Below, piece after piece: positions 28,369 through 37,633 of a stretch of DNA of 64,000 nucleotides. The notes beneath the pieces were generated by a model. The model saw only the letters and a program-made list of their open reading frames with translations, had not been told where the DNA came from and searched no databases. Made by a program: the position numbers and the translations under genes. Source of the stretch: Actinomycetes bacterium (GTDB lineage: Bacteria; Actinomycetota; Acidimicrobiia; Acidimicrobiales; Ilumatobacteraceae); assembly GCA_037147055.1 (NCBI GenBank), contig JBAWVW010000002.1, forward strand, positions 4,323-68,322, in the 5' to 3' direction. Each line of letters begins with the position of its first letter. Position 1 is the first letter of the stretch.

Positions 28369-29310
28369 GTGAGTTCGGCCTCAGACACATCTCGGCGAGT
28401 TGGCATTGATGTCGGCGGGACCAAATGTCTCGGTGTCATTTGGAGTGAGGGACGAATCGTTGAGGAAATCCGCCGAACGACCCCGGACGGTGCAGGTGCT
28501 TTGATTGATGTTTTGGCATCAATTGTCAAAGACTTTGGGGTCATAGATTCCGTAGGAATCGGAATATGTGGATTGGTCACTCGCTCCGGAGTGGTGCGCG
28601 CTTCGCCGAATTTGCTTGGAATTGCTGACTTCGCCGTTGGTTCGTTGCTGAGTGAGCGTTTGGGCTATCAAGTTTGGGTCGATAACGATGCCACCTGTGC
28701 CACGGTCGCCGAATGGGTTGCGGGTGCTGCCGCGGGTTGTCGCGACGCAATTGTCGTTGCCCTTGGCACTGGAAACGGTGGCGGTATTGTCGCCGGAGGA
28801 AAGTTGATTCGTGGCACTAATGGTTTCGCTGGCGAATTCGGGCACATGATTGTCGACCCCGACGGCCCCTTATGTCCGTGCGGTCGGCGGGGTTGTTGGG
28901 AACGTTACGCCTCGGGTAATGGGTTGGCCGATATTGCCCAGCGGGCGGCCCGAGGCGGCAAGCAAAAGTGCATTCTTGAACTCGCAGGGTCACTGGAACA
29001 AATACGTGGAGAGCATGTCGCTCGCGCCATCGCTATGGGGGACGCCGAGGCATCGTTGATTATTGGTGAATTTGCCCATTGGATTGCACTCGGTCTTGCC
29101 AACCTGACTAATGCTCTTGACCCGGAGATGTTTGTCATCGGTGGTGGTCTTGCGGCCTCCGGGGATATGTTTCTTGACGCAGTCCGTCGGTCCTTGAGTG
29201 AAATTTTATATTCACCAACCTTGCGACCTCACCCAAGAGTTGTATTGGCGCACTTCAGCGAGCATGCTGGGGCGGTCGGAGCGGCGTTTTTACCCACCCA
29301 GACGTTCTGA
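28369..29310 (+). CDS. ROK-family sugar kinase (glucokinase-like)
   Basis: VGIDVGGTK, DNDATCA and Zn motif CPCGRRGCWERY. No N-terminal HTH. Confidence 0.85.
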   Translation: MSSASDTSRRVGIDVGGTKCLGVIWSEGRIVEEIRRTTPDGAGALIDVLASIVKDFGVIDSVGIGICGLVTRSGVVRASPNLLGIADFAVGSLLSERLGYQVWVDNDATCATVAEWVAGAAAGCRDAIVVALGTGNGGGIVAGGKLIRGTNGFAGEFGHMIVDPDGPLCPCGRRGCWERYASGNGLADIAQRAARGGKQKCILELAGSLEQIRGEHVARAIAMGDAEASLIIGEFAHWIALGLANLTNALDPEMFVIGGGLAASGDMFLDAVRRSLSEILYSPTLRPHPRVVLAHFSEHAGAVGAAFLPTQTF

Positions 29311-29363
29311 GACGACATCTCGTGTTCACGGTCTTGTCACTGCAAACTGGTTAGCCTGCACAC

Positions 29364-30008
29364 GTGCAAACCTATGTACTACGACTGTGGTTACCAGACT
29401 TTCCCGGAACCCTTGGTCGAGTTGCTGCGGCAATTGGTCAAGCGGGCGGAGATGTGATTGGCATTGAGATTTTAGAACGCGGCGCTGGTATGGCGATTGA
29501 TGAACTGATCGTTGTTATTCCCTCTGACGCAGAAAATACCATGGAGCATTTGATTGCCGAGGTCAGTCGAGTTGATGGGGTGGCAGTTGAAGATGTTCAC
29601 CCCGTGGCCCTTGACCGACCCGATCAAAGTGTCTTGGCTCTTGACACTGCGGCGCGGATCATGGAGTCTCCACAAGATGAACGTCTGGAAGCCACGTGTG
29701 AACTCGTTTGCGAGATGCTGGAATCTGATTGGTGCACGATCATGCGGCGCGACAAAGCCATTCCCCTGGCGGTCTCAGGCGATGTCCCCGACTTGCCCTG
29801 GGTCATAGCATTTTTGGCTGGCACAAGTCATCTGGCAAGTGATGCGGCCCACGAACACACACCGGCGGACATCGCTTGGGCACCGTTGGATCTTTTGGAT
29901 GCTGCAATTGTCGTTGGTCGTATCCGTGGGGCATTTCGCTTGCGTGAGCGTCAACACGTGACGCTGATCGCGCGCATTGTCAGTTCTGCTCTAGTGGGCT
30001 TTGATTGA
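29364..30008 (+). CDS. ACT-domain protein with an uncharacterised C-terminal domain
   Basis: GTG start. LWLPDFPGTLGRVAAAIGQAGGDVIGIEI resembles an ACT beta-alpha-beta unit. The remainder is unassigned. Confidence 0.62.
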   Translation: MQTYVLRLWLPDFPGTLGRVAAAIGQAGGDVIGIEILERGAGMAIDELIVVIPSDAENTMEHLIAEVSRVDGVAVEDVHPVALDRPDQSVLALDTAARIMESPQDERLEATCELVCEMLESDWCTIMRRDKAIPLAVSGDVPDLPWVIAFLAGTSHLASDAAHEHTPADIAWAPLDLLDAAIVVGRIRGAFRLRERQHVTLIARIVSSALVGFD

Positions 30009-30012
30009 CGAT

Positions 30013-31515
30013 CTAATGCTCAGCCCACTGCAGAGAGCGTTGTACCGCTCGCAACCATGTGGCGTGCAAGGTGTTGGCGGCTTGGCGTTCAGCAGATTCA
30101 TCGTCATGAGGAGTGACTAAAAGATCAGTCTTCCAACGCGCTTTCACAGCATCTAGTGATGGCCAAATATTTTCGGCAAGGCCAGCCAAGAAGGCTGCGC
30201 CAAGGGCGGTGGTCTCTTGATCGCTCGGACGACGCACGGGAATACCAAGTTGGTCGGCCTGCATCTCGACAAGGAGGTCCATCACCGATGCACCTCCGTC
30301 AATGCGTAGTTCGGCGATCGTTTGACCGCTTGCTCGCGTCATCGCTTCAATAGCATCACGAGTTTGTAGGGCCATTGCTTCGACTACTGCGCGGGCGATA
30401 TGAGCACGAGTGGTGCCACGAGTTATCCCCACGATCGTTCCTCGAGCGTAGGGATCCCACCAAGGGCTTCCCAGTCCCGTGAATGCGGGCACGACAAAGA
30501 CACCACCATTATCATCAACTGATGCGGCGAGAGGTCCGATTTCATCTGCCGAAGTGATGATCCCAAGAGAATCGCGTAGCCACTGCACAGCTGCTCCGGT
30601 CACAAAGATTGCGCCCTCAAGAGCGTAAGTGGTCGCAGTTGTCCCGTCTTTGTTTTTGATTGACCATGCCACCGTCGTGAGCAAACCTTGTGCGGCTGGA
30701 GGACAGGAATCCCCAATATTCATGAGAATAAAACTGCCGGTGCCGTAAGTATTTTTGGCCATTCCAATATCAAAACATGCTTGTCCAAAAAGGGCGGCTT
30801 GTTGATCGCCAGCGATTCCTGAAATAGCAATGCCAAGCGGAAGTTCCTTTGTTGCGGTGATTCCAAAGCGACCGCTTGAGGGCATGACCTCAGCTAAATA
30901 TTCAAGTGGAACTCCGAGAATCTCACTCATCGTTGGGCTCCACGTGAGGGTCGTGATATCAAACAGCATTGTGCGGCTGGCGTTGGAAGGGTCGGTAGCA
31001 AAGATTGCGCCGTCGGTCAACTTCCATAGCAACCAGCTATCAATCGTTGCGAGAGCAAGATCGGGGGACTGGGGAATCCCGTGTTGCAACATCCATGACA
31101 TCTTCGTGCCCGAAAAGTATGGGTCAAGGACAAGACCTGTGAGCGCTCGCACAGTTGCCAGATGCCCGGCTTCTTCGAGATCTTGACATACCTCGGCGGT
31201 GCGTCGATCTTGCCAGACGATCGCGCGTCCGTACACTTCTCCACTGCGACGATTCCAAGCGACAACTGTTTCGCGTTGATTGGTGATGCCTATCGCACGC
31301 GGTATGCCAACCTGTTTCACGACGTCATTGAATGTGGCCACGACAGCTCGCCAGATTTCTTCAGCGTCGTGTTCAACCCATCCTGGTTCGGGGAAGTACT
31401 GCGTGAATTCTTGATAGTAGGCGATGCTGGGGCGGTCATCTTGAAACACTGCGCGGCAACGAACTCCAGTCGTGCCTGCATCAATGGCTAAGACATACGC
31501 GTCAGCGTCCGCCAC
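30013..31515 (-). CDS. glpK: glycerol kinase
   Basis: LAIDAGTTGVR, GDQQAALFGQ. 500 aa FGGY-family kinase. Confidence 0.95.
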   Translation of the reverse strand: MADADAYVLAIDAGTTGVRCRAVFQDDRPSIAYYQEFTQYFPEPGWVEHDAEEIWRAVVATFNDVVKQVGIPRAIGITNQRETVVAWNRRSGEVYGRAIVWQDRRTAEVCQDLEEAGHLATVRALTGLVLDPYFSGTKMSWMLQHGIPQSPDLALATIDSWLLWKLTDGAIFATDPSNASRTMLFDITTLTWSPTMSEILGVPLEYLAEVMPSSGRFGITATKELPLGIAISGIAGDQQAALFGQACFDIGMAKNTYGTGSFILMNIGDSCPPAAQGLLTTVAWSIKNKDGTTATTYALEGAIFVTGAAVQWLRDSLGIITSADEIGPLAASVDDNGGVFVVPAFTGLGSPWWDPYARGTIVGITRGTTRAHIARAVVEAMALQTRDAIEAMTRASGQTIAELRIDGGASVMDLLVEMQADQLGIPVRRPSDQETTALGAAFLAGLAENIWPSLDAVKARWKTDLLVTPHDDESAERQAANTLHATWLRAVQRSLQWAEH

Positions 31516-31517
31516 GG

Positions 31518-31874
31518 CTAGCGCTTCTTAGGTTTGTTGGTCGGGCGTCGCGAAGATGGCCCAGTGCTTGTGCGTCGCGTTGCTGCCGGTGGGGAGCGAC
31601 GCTCAGGTGCAGATGGGGGAGCCTTCTTACGAGCCAATGTTTGCTCGCGCAAAGCGCGATACGTCTGACGTTGATAGCCGATCTTTGCCAGAACCCAGCC
31701 GAATAACAAGTACATCGGCAGCGATGCCACGAGGCCCACAACAGATCCAACAGTCACCTTGTCGCGTAGGAAAACAGCAAATATCACGGCCATGACACCG
31801 ACGTACACCAACCATTCACGGAGCAACCTTTGCCAGTTCACAGTTCTCGACGAATCCCAAGCCATGTCGTCCAT
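31518..31874 (-). CDS. hypothetical membrane protein with a basic Pro-rich tail
   Basis: 118 aa with two hydrophobic helices. Its stop lies 2 nt before the glpK start (operon context). Confidence 0.55.
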   Translation of the reverse strand: MDDMAWDSSRTVNWQRLLREWLVYVGVMAVIFAVFLRDKVTVGSVVGLVASLPMYLLFGWVLAKIGYQRQTYRALREQTLARKKAPPSAPERRSPPAATRRTSTGPSSRRPTNKPKKR

Positions 31875-31897
31875 TGTTTCATGTCTAGGCTGACCTG

Positions 31898-32932
31898 ATG
31901 CGCATTGGAATCATGACTGGCGGTGGAGACTGTCCTGGACTGAACGCAGTCATTCGTGCCATTGTGCGAAAAGGTGATGCGGTTTATGGCGATGAGTTCA
32001 TCGGATTCCTTGATTCTTGGGATGGCGTCATGGATCAGCGCTTTATTGACTTGCCTGCTTCGGCTGTGCGTGGCCTTCTACCACGCGGGGGAACAATTCT
32101 TGGTACGCGTCGTGGAAGTCCATACGATACGAACGACGGCGTTGAGCAAGTACGGAGATGCTTTACTGAACAACGTCTTGATGCCTTGATAGTGATTGGT
32201 GGAAATGGCTCGCTGACCGTTTCGTCTCTGTTATTTGCCGAGACTGGCTTGCCGATCGTCGGGGTCCCTAAAACAATTGACAATGATGTTTTTGGAACTG
32301 AACTCTCATTTGGATTTCATACTGCCGTGCAAATTGCTACCGAAGCCATTGATCGGCTGCACACCACCGCAGAGAGTCATGATCGTGTCATGGTCGTTGA
32401 GTTGATGGGTCGTGACACGGGATGGATTGCGGTGTACGCCGGCATTGCTGGAGGGGCAACTGTCATTCTTGTGCCCGAAGAACCATTCGATATTGCTGAA
32501 GTTTGCGCCGAAGTATCAAGTCGTCATCAAGGTGGGCGCTTTGCATCGATTGTTGTGGTCGCCGAGGGAGCGCAACCGATACTTGGGACGATGGCCACGA
32601 TTGACTATGCCACCGACCATCTTGGACGGCCCCGTTATGGCGGCATCTGTGTGGGGATCGCTGAAGAAATAGAAAAACGCACAGGGTTTGAGGCGCGTGT
32701 TGTGCAAATTGGTCACGTACAAAGGGGAGGAACCCCAACTGCGTTCGATCGTATTTTATGTACCCGCTTTGGTCTGGCGGCTGTTGACGCGGTTCACGAA
32801 GGAGCATTTGGTTGCATGGTGGCGGTTGAGGGGACAAAGATAGGACGGGTACCTCTCAGCGAGATGGTGGGCAAGATTCGTACTGTAGATCTTGATCTCT
32901 TCCACGAAATTGGTGATGTCTTCTTCGGCTAG
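31898..32932 (+). CDS. pfkA: 6-phosphofructokinase (phosphoryl donor not determined)
   Basis: MTGGGDCPGLNAVIR, GVPKTIDND. 344 aa. Confidence 0.92.
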   Translation: MRIGIMTGGGDCPGLNAVIRAIVRKGDAVYGDEFIGFLDSWDGVMDQRFIDLPASAVRGLLPRGGTILGTRRGSPYDTNDGVEQVRRCFTEQRLDALIVIGGNGSLTVSSLLFAETGLPIVGVPKTIDNDVFGTELSFGFHTAVQIATEAIDRLHTTAESHDRVMVVELMGRDTGWIAVYAGIAGGATVILVPEEPFDIAEVCAEVSSRHQGGRFASIVVVAEGAQPILGTMATIDYATDHLGRPRYGGICVGIAEEIEKRTGFEARVVQIGHVQRGGTPTAFDRILCTRFGLAAVDAVHEGAFGCMVAVEGTKIGRVPLSEMVGKIRTVDLDLFHEIGDVFFG

Positions 32933-32953
32933 GTATGACACCGAACAAAATAT

Positions 32954-33565
32954 TTAAAGAATCGGATCAACGATCGCGGGGAGTGCGGGTTGACTACTGG
33001 CGGTGCGACCCGGGTAATCAAAAGGTGTGAGCGGATCCGAGGTCAATGATCCATCGCCACGTGGCCACTCTTGGGTTTGGCCTTGTACGACAATCAAGAC
33101 ACGTTCAATGCCAGGGATTTCGCTCAGTGTGAGCACAATTTGAGCTACCGCGGAAACCAAGTCGTCACCCGTGGCCTGAAAGATGCTTTCTGAAACATCA
33201 ACTTTGACAATATCGGTTGCTACGTAGCGAGCAGAGATCAGTTTTGTGCCTTGGGGTATGGCTGATCGCAAATTCTGATTTTGTTCACTCGTCGTCGGGC
33301 CGTTGAATAACGCATTGATGACCGGTTGTGGTTCACTGAGAACATCACGTTGAACCACGACCAATAGCTGGGTGGTCTCATTATCGGTGCGTTGTAGGTA
33401 GATGCGCCCGACGCCCGATTCACTTGCGACAGGAGACGAGGAGTTATTCATGTCGCTTTGTAGGTTGCGTCCTATCACCTGCGAGGAGTCCTGAGTTCCG
33501 TAAGAACAACCACATGCGAGTGTAAGAATCAGACCCGCAAGAAAAATCGAACGGCATGTTCGCAT
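32954..33565 (-). CDS. GerMN-domain lipoprotein (short LpqB-like)
   Basis: Start at MRTCRSIFLAGLILTLAC (signal peptide with lipobox-like LAC). Single GerMN-like domain. Starts 4 nt after the mtrB stop. Confidence 0.75.
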   Translation of the reverse strand: MRTCRSIFLAGLILTLACGCSYGTQDSSQVIGRNLQSDMNNSSSPVASESGVGRIYLQRTDNETTQLLVVVQRDVLSEPQPVINALFNGPTTSEQNQNLRSAIPQGTKLISARYVATDIVKVDVSESIFQATGDDLVSAVAQIVLTLSEIPGIERVLIVVQGQTQEWPRGDGSLTSDPLTPFDYPGRTASSQPALPAIVDPIL

Positions 33566-33569
33566 TTTG

Positions 33570-35033
33570 TTAGACCCTCTCAGCCGGTAACTCAATGATA
33601 AAACAGGCGCCGTCGCCGCCATCGTGTCGCTCCTCAACCCACACCCGACCGCGATGAAGTTTGACATGCTCATCCACGAGGGAGAGTCCTAAGCCAGCGC
33701 CATCTGACCCACTTCGTCTTCCCGCTACAACGCCGCGCGCGAAGCGTTCGAAGATGAGATCGCGTTCTTCGGGTGGCACTCCAGGACCGTGGTCTGCAAC
33801 GGTGATCCATATCTGCGATGGCGGTTGCTCATCATCGGGCACGAAGACAGAGATTTCTAAGTCTCCGCCTCCATAGGAACGACCATTATCAACAAGGTTG
33901 GCGATGACTCGTGCAAGGCGGCGCCGATCACCGCGAATGAGCATCTCCTCGGCAGTGTCGGTGACCAAGACGCTGCTAGTAGGAAGACTGCTAATCGCCA
34001 CTGCTTGACGGACGAATTCGCCCACGAGCAACTCCTCCACATTGAGCCGAATTGCTCCAGCATCGAAACGCGAGATTTCTAAGAGATCCTCGACCAAACC
34101 TTGGAAACGAGCAACGTCAGCGATGAGAAGGTCAAGAGCAACTTGAGCGCGCTCAGGCATCTCCTCGCGACGCGCGTGCATGACTTCTACAGATGCAGCG
34201 AGGGTCATTAAAGGTGAGCGCAATTCATGGCTGACATCAGATGTGAAGCGAGTATCGCGTTCTACGCGCAGTTGAAGAGCCGCGGCCATGTCGTTAAATG
34301 AAGAGGTCAGGGCCGACAAATCTGGGTCATCAGTTTCCTCGAGTCGAGTGTCAAGGCGTCCACCGGCAATCGCTTGGGCCGCTTGACTCGCCGCGGTGAG
34401 TGGTCGAACGGCACGCGAAGCCACGATCGCACCTAGAAAAATTCCCAACAGAGTGGTGATAATCGCGGCCAAGGTGAGAGCGAGATTGATGCTGTTGAGG
34501 GTTGACCGCACATCTTGCATTGAGGGAAATTCGAAATAGGCGGCATCTACCGAATCCAATGGGATACCAACTGTTAAGACCAATTCTTTGTCGACTTCAA
34601 TACGCATAGTCCGAGGTTCTCGATTATCAATGACCCCGGTGAGCATCTCGCGATCAATGACATTCGACGAAAAGCGCGCATCATCACCTGTCCATGTGCC
34701 ACGGAAATACAGTAAGGGACGATTCGCTGTGAGTCGTTCAAGCACGTTCTGTGTATTTGAAGGATTGGAGCGAAGATCAAGTGCTAATTGAGCGGCATTT
34801 TTATAGGTCTGTTCGATGACATTCTTCTCGCGGTCTTCAACCAAGTTCGAGCGCGTGAAGTTGTATGTTGTGAGCGCAAGAAAAACCGACAGGGCGCAAC
34901 TTCCAACACCGAAGGTAATCAAGATTCGCGAACGAAGCCCCATTGGTTTGAATAATCGGGAGTAAGTGCGCCGCCGCCGAACTCTCGGGGATTTAGCAAC
35001 AGGTGCCTCGGAGATGAGAGGTTGTGGGACCAC
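33570..35033 (-). CDS. mtrB: sensor histidine kinase MtrB-like
   Basis: Two TM helices plus HAMP. H-box SDVSHELRSPL. HATPase_c region. Lies between the mtrA-like RR and the GerMN lipoprotein. Confidence 0.85.
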   Translation of the reverse strand: MVPQPLISEAPVAKSPRVRRRRTYSRLFKPMGLRSRILITFGVGSCALSVFLALTTYNFTRSNLVEDREKNVIEQTYKNAAQLALDLRSNPSNTQNVLERLTANRPLLYFRGTWTGDDARFSSNVIDREMLTGVIDNREPRTMRIEVDKELVLTVGIPLDSVDAAYFEFPSMQDVRSTLNSINLALTLAAIITTLLGIFLGAIVASRAVRPLTAASQAAQAIAGGRLDTRLEETDDPDLSALTSSFNDMAAALQLRVERDTRFTSDVSHELRSPLMTLAASVEVMHARREEMPERAQVALDLLIADVARFQGLVEDLLEISRFDAGAIRLNVEELLVGEFVRQAVAISSLPTSSVLVTDTAEEMLIRGDRRRLARVIANLVDNGRSYGGGDLEISVFVPDDEQPPSQIWITVADHGPGVPPEERDLIFERFARGVVAGRRSGSDGAGLGLSLVDEHVKLHRGRVWVEERHDGGDGACFIIELPAERV

Positions 35034-35039
35034 CCAGAA

Positions 35040-35720
35040 TCAGGCCTGAAGTCGATAGCCGAGACCGCGGACTGTCACCACATGACGAGGGTTAGCGGGA
35101 TCTTTTTCTACTTTTGTGCGCAGTCGGCGAATGTGCACATCGACCAGGCGACCATCACCAAAATACCCGTAGCCCCATACGTCATCGAGTAACTGTTCAC
35201 GACTAAAAACGCGACCGGGATTTTGCGCGAGTTCGCAGAGCAAACGAAACTCAGTTTTCGTGAGATCAAGTTCGGTGTCATCGCGTAGCACTTTGCCCTC
35301 ATCAGGAATAATTTGCAGATCACCAAAGACGAGTTTTGGGTGAGCGGGATGGGCTGGGCGCGCCCGTCGCAGGAGGGCGCGAATGCGCGCCGACAACTCT
35401 TTGGGAGCGAAGGGCTTGGTGAGATAATCATCTGCACCAGCCTCGAGGCCGGCGACAACATCATGAGTGTCAGATCTAGCAGTGACCATAACTATCGGCA
35501 CGTCGCTATGGCGCCGGATCGTTCGACAGAGTTCAAAGCCGTCAATGCCGGGCAGCATGATGTCGATGAGGACGACATCGGCTGGTTGGCGTAAGAACAA
35601 AATGACTGCCTCTTCGCCACTGGCCGCCTCGACAACGGTCCAGCCTTCATCTTCTAAAGCCAATTTGACTGCAGCGCGTATCCGTTCGTCATCTTCGACG
35701 GCCAAAATTCTGGTTCCCAC
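35040..35720 (-). CDS. mtrA: OmpR-family response regulator MtrA-like
   Basis: Receiver motif VLIDIMLPGIDG. Winged helix motif TVRGLGYRL. High resemblance to actinobacterial MtrA. Confidence 0.87.
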   Translation of the reverse strand: MGTRILAVEDDERIRAAVKLALEDEGWTVVEAASGEEAVILFLRQPADVVLIDIMLPGIDGFELCRTIRRHSDVPIVMVTARSDTHDVVAGLEAGADDYLTKPFAPKELSARIRALLRRARPAHPAHPKLVFGDLQIIPDEGKVLRDDTELDLTKTEFRLLCELAQNPGRVFSREQLLDDVWGYGYFGDGRLVDVHIRRLRTKVEKDPANPRHVVTVRGLGYRLQA

Positions 35721-35773
35721 CCTCTTATCTTGCCTGATGGAAAGGGCCAGCGTTGGTTAACTGGAATTGTTTT

Positions 35774-36571
35774 TTATCTTTGCGGTGCAAGAATCGCCAA
35801 AATACCTTGGTGAATTCCAGGAGCACTCAGCAACGTTTGCTCAGAGCGAATCGGTGCGCCGGAAAAATCAGAGGCGATGGCACCAGCTTCGGTAGCAATG
35901 AGTAAGCCCGCGGCTAGGTCCCAAGGTTGCAGGAACTCTTCGAAGTAGGCGTCAAGTCGACCGTCGGCCACGTAACACAGGTCTGCTGCCGCCGCTCCAC
36001 AGCGCCTGATATCTCGAACTTGGGGTATTAATCTCGCGATCAGCTCTCCTTGTTTTTCGCGTCGCCGTGCCGCATAAGAGAATCCCGTACCGACGAGTGC
36101 CAAGCTGATGTCATGGCATGGTGAGCATTGTAATTTCCGTGCACCAAGCCACGCCCCGTGACCGCGAGCGGCAACAAAGAGTTCGCGTGTGACGGGCAAA
36201 TAAACTGCAGCGGCCAAGGTTCCTTCATTGTCGGTGGCAGCTACGGAGACGGCATAACCAGAAAGGTTGTACAGAAAATTGGTAGTGCCATCAATGGGAT
36301 CCACCAACCAAGTGACACCCGACGTGCCAGGTGTCCGAGTTCCTTCTTCACCGAGCACCGAATCATCGGGGCGCATCTGTGAGAGCAGTGAGACAATGAG
36401 TTGTTCACTTGCCTGATCCCACTGGGTGACGACATCGGTGGCCGACGACTTGATTTCAACCGTGCCTGTTCCCGCACTGCGGCCGATGAGGACGAGATCC
36501 CCAGCCTGGCGTGCAATGTTCGCGGCGATGTTCATCAACTCGCGAGGATTGTGCGGCGATACGGAAGTCAT
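35774..36571 (-). CDS. inositol monophosphatase family protein
   Basis: WLVDPIDGTTNF and the family C-terminal WD..AG motif (PWDLAAG). Confidence 0.88.
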   Translation of the reverse strand: MTSVSPHNPRELMNIAANIARQAGDLVLIGRSAGTGTVEIKSSATDVVTQWDQASEQLIVSLLSQMRPDDSVLGEEGTRTPGTSGVTWLVDPIDGTTNFLYNLSGYAVSVAATDNEGTLAAAVYLPVTRELFVAARGHGAWLGARKLQCSPCHDISLALVGTGFSYAARRREKQGELIARLIPQVRDIRRCGAAAADLCYVADGRLDAYFEEFLQPWDLAAGLLIATEAGAIASDFSGAPIRSEQTLLSAPGIHQGILAILAPQR

Positions 36572-36577
36572 AGTTGG

Positions 36578-36859
36578 TTAGGTGCGATCTGAGATGTCGC
36601 GCCACTCACCGAGTGCCCGCAACACAAGTACGGCAACAATAGACGTACCGCCCGAGGTGAGGATTGCGCCGATCAGCAGTCCGAGTCCGCTAGGTACTGA
36701 ACTTTGCCCGTCGTATTGAATGTCAACGAGGGCGTAGCCGATTAATGAGCCCGCTAAACCAGCAAAAATAATTGAGGCAAATGCCACCGAGCGGGCACGC
36801 CGTGATGGCAGGGCTGAGAGTGGGCGTTCGTCGGGCACTCCAATATCGTAGGCTCGCAA
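36578..36859 (-). CDS. hypothetical small membrane protein
   Basis: 93-aa frame (TTG start) with two hydrophobic helices. Start uncertain; internal GTGs are possible. Confidence 0.42.
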   Translation of the reverse strand: MRAYDIGVPDERPLSALPSRRARSVAFASIIFAGLAGSLIGYALVDIQYDGQSSVPSGLGLLIGAILTSGGTSIVAVLVLRALGEWRDISDRT

Positions 36860-36860
36860 T

Positions 36861-37625
36861 GTGAGTCAAGGTTTGTTTACCCGCCAAATAGTCGTGGTGA
36901 TTCCTACTTATAACGAGGCTGGAAACATCGAGAGAGTGCTGAACGAGGTGCGTGCTGCTCTCCCGCGAGCCAGATTATTGGTCGTTGATGACAACAGTCC
37001 TGACGGCACAGGTGACATTGTCGAGCGCTATCAGGACTCCCATCAGACAGATGGTCTGGGAGAAGTTCTTGTTTTGCGTCGCGCTGGCAAGACCGGTTTA
37101 GGGGCTGCTTATCGTGCGGGATTTACGACGGCCTTGTCCATGGGTGCAGAGATCTGTGTACAGATGGACGCTGATATGTCTCATGATCCGATCTACCTAC
37201 CAGCGATTGTCTCGGCCGTCGAGATGGGTGCTGACGTCTCTTTAGGAAGTCGCTACACGCCGGGTGGTCTGATCGAGAATTGGCCTCCTTTACGGCGTTT
37301 TCTTTCACGTTGGGGGAATCGATTTGCGGCAGGCATGTTAGGTCTGGCGATCAATGACGCCACCAGTGGATACCGCGCCTATTCGGCCTCAATTTTGCAG
37401 AGGATGGATTTTTCCACGGTGCAAGCCGAGGGTTACGGATTTCAAATCGAGATGTCTCATCGCGCTGTGCGCTGTGGTGCGCGGATCATCGAAGTCCCCA
37501 TCCTGTTTACGGATCGCATTATCGGTGAATCAAAACTTAATCACCACATTATTGGTGAGGCCTTCACGCTTGTCACGCAGTTGTGCTTCAGGGATCGACT
37601 TTGGCACCGCCGTCGACGTCGGTGA
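36861..37625 (+). CDS. ppm1: polyprenol-phosphate mannosyltransferase (GT2)
   Basis: VVIPTYNEAGNI and MDADMSHDP (DxD). 254 aa. Confidence 0.85.
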   Translation: MSQGLFTRQIVVVIPTYNEAGNIERVLNEVRAALPRARLLVVDDNSPDGTGDIVERYQDSHQTDGLGEVLVLRRAGKTGLGAAYRAGFTTALSMGAEICVQMDADMSHDPIYLPAIVSAVEMGADVSLGSRYTPGGLIENWPPLRRFLSRWGNRFAAGMLGLAINDATSGYRAYSASILQRMDFSTVQAEGYGFQIEMSHRAVRCGARIIEVPILFTDRIIGESKLNHHIIGEAFTLVTQLCFRDRLWHRRRRR

Positions 37626-37633
37626 TACCTGCA

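Noticed and set aside
27918-28580. 220-aa minus-strand ORF covering the SRPBCC gene and the ROK start
   Set aside because: The plus-strand products have clear family signatures and operon-consistent spacing. The antisense product has none.
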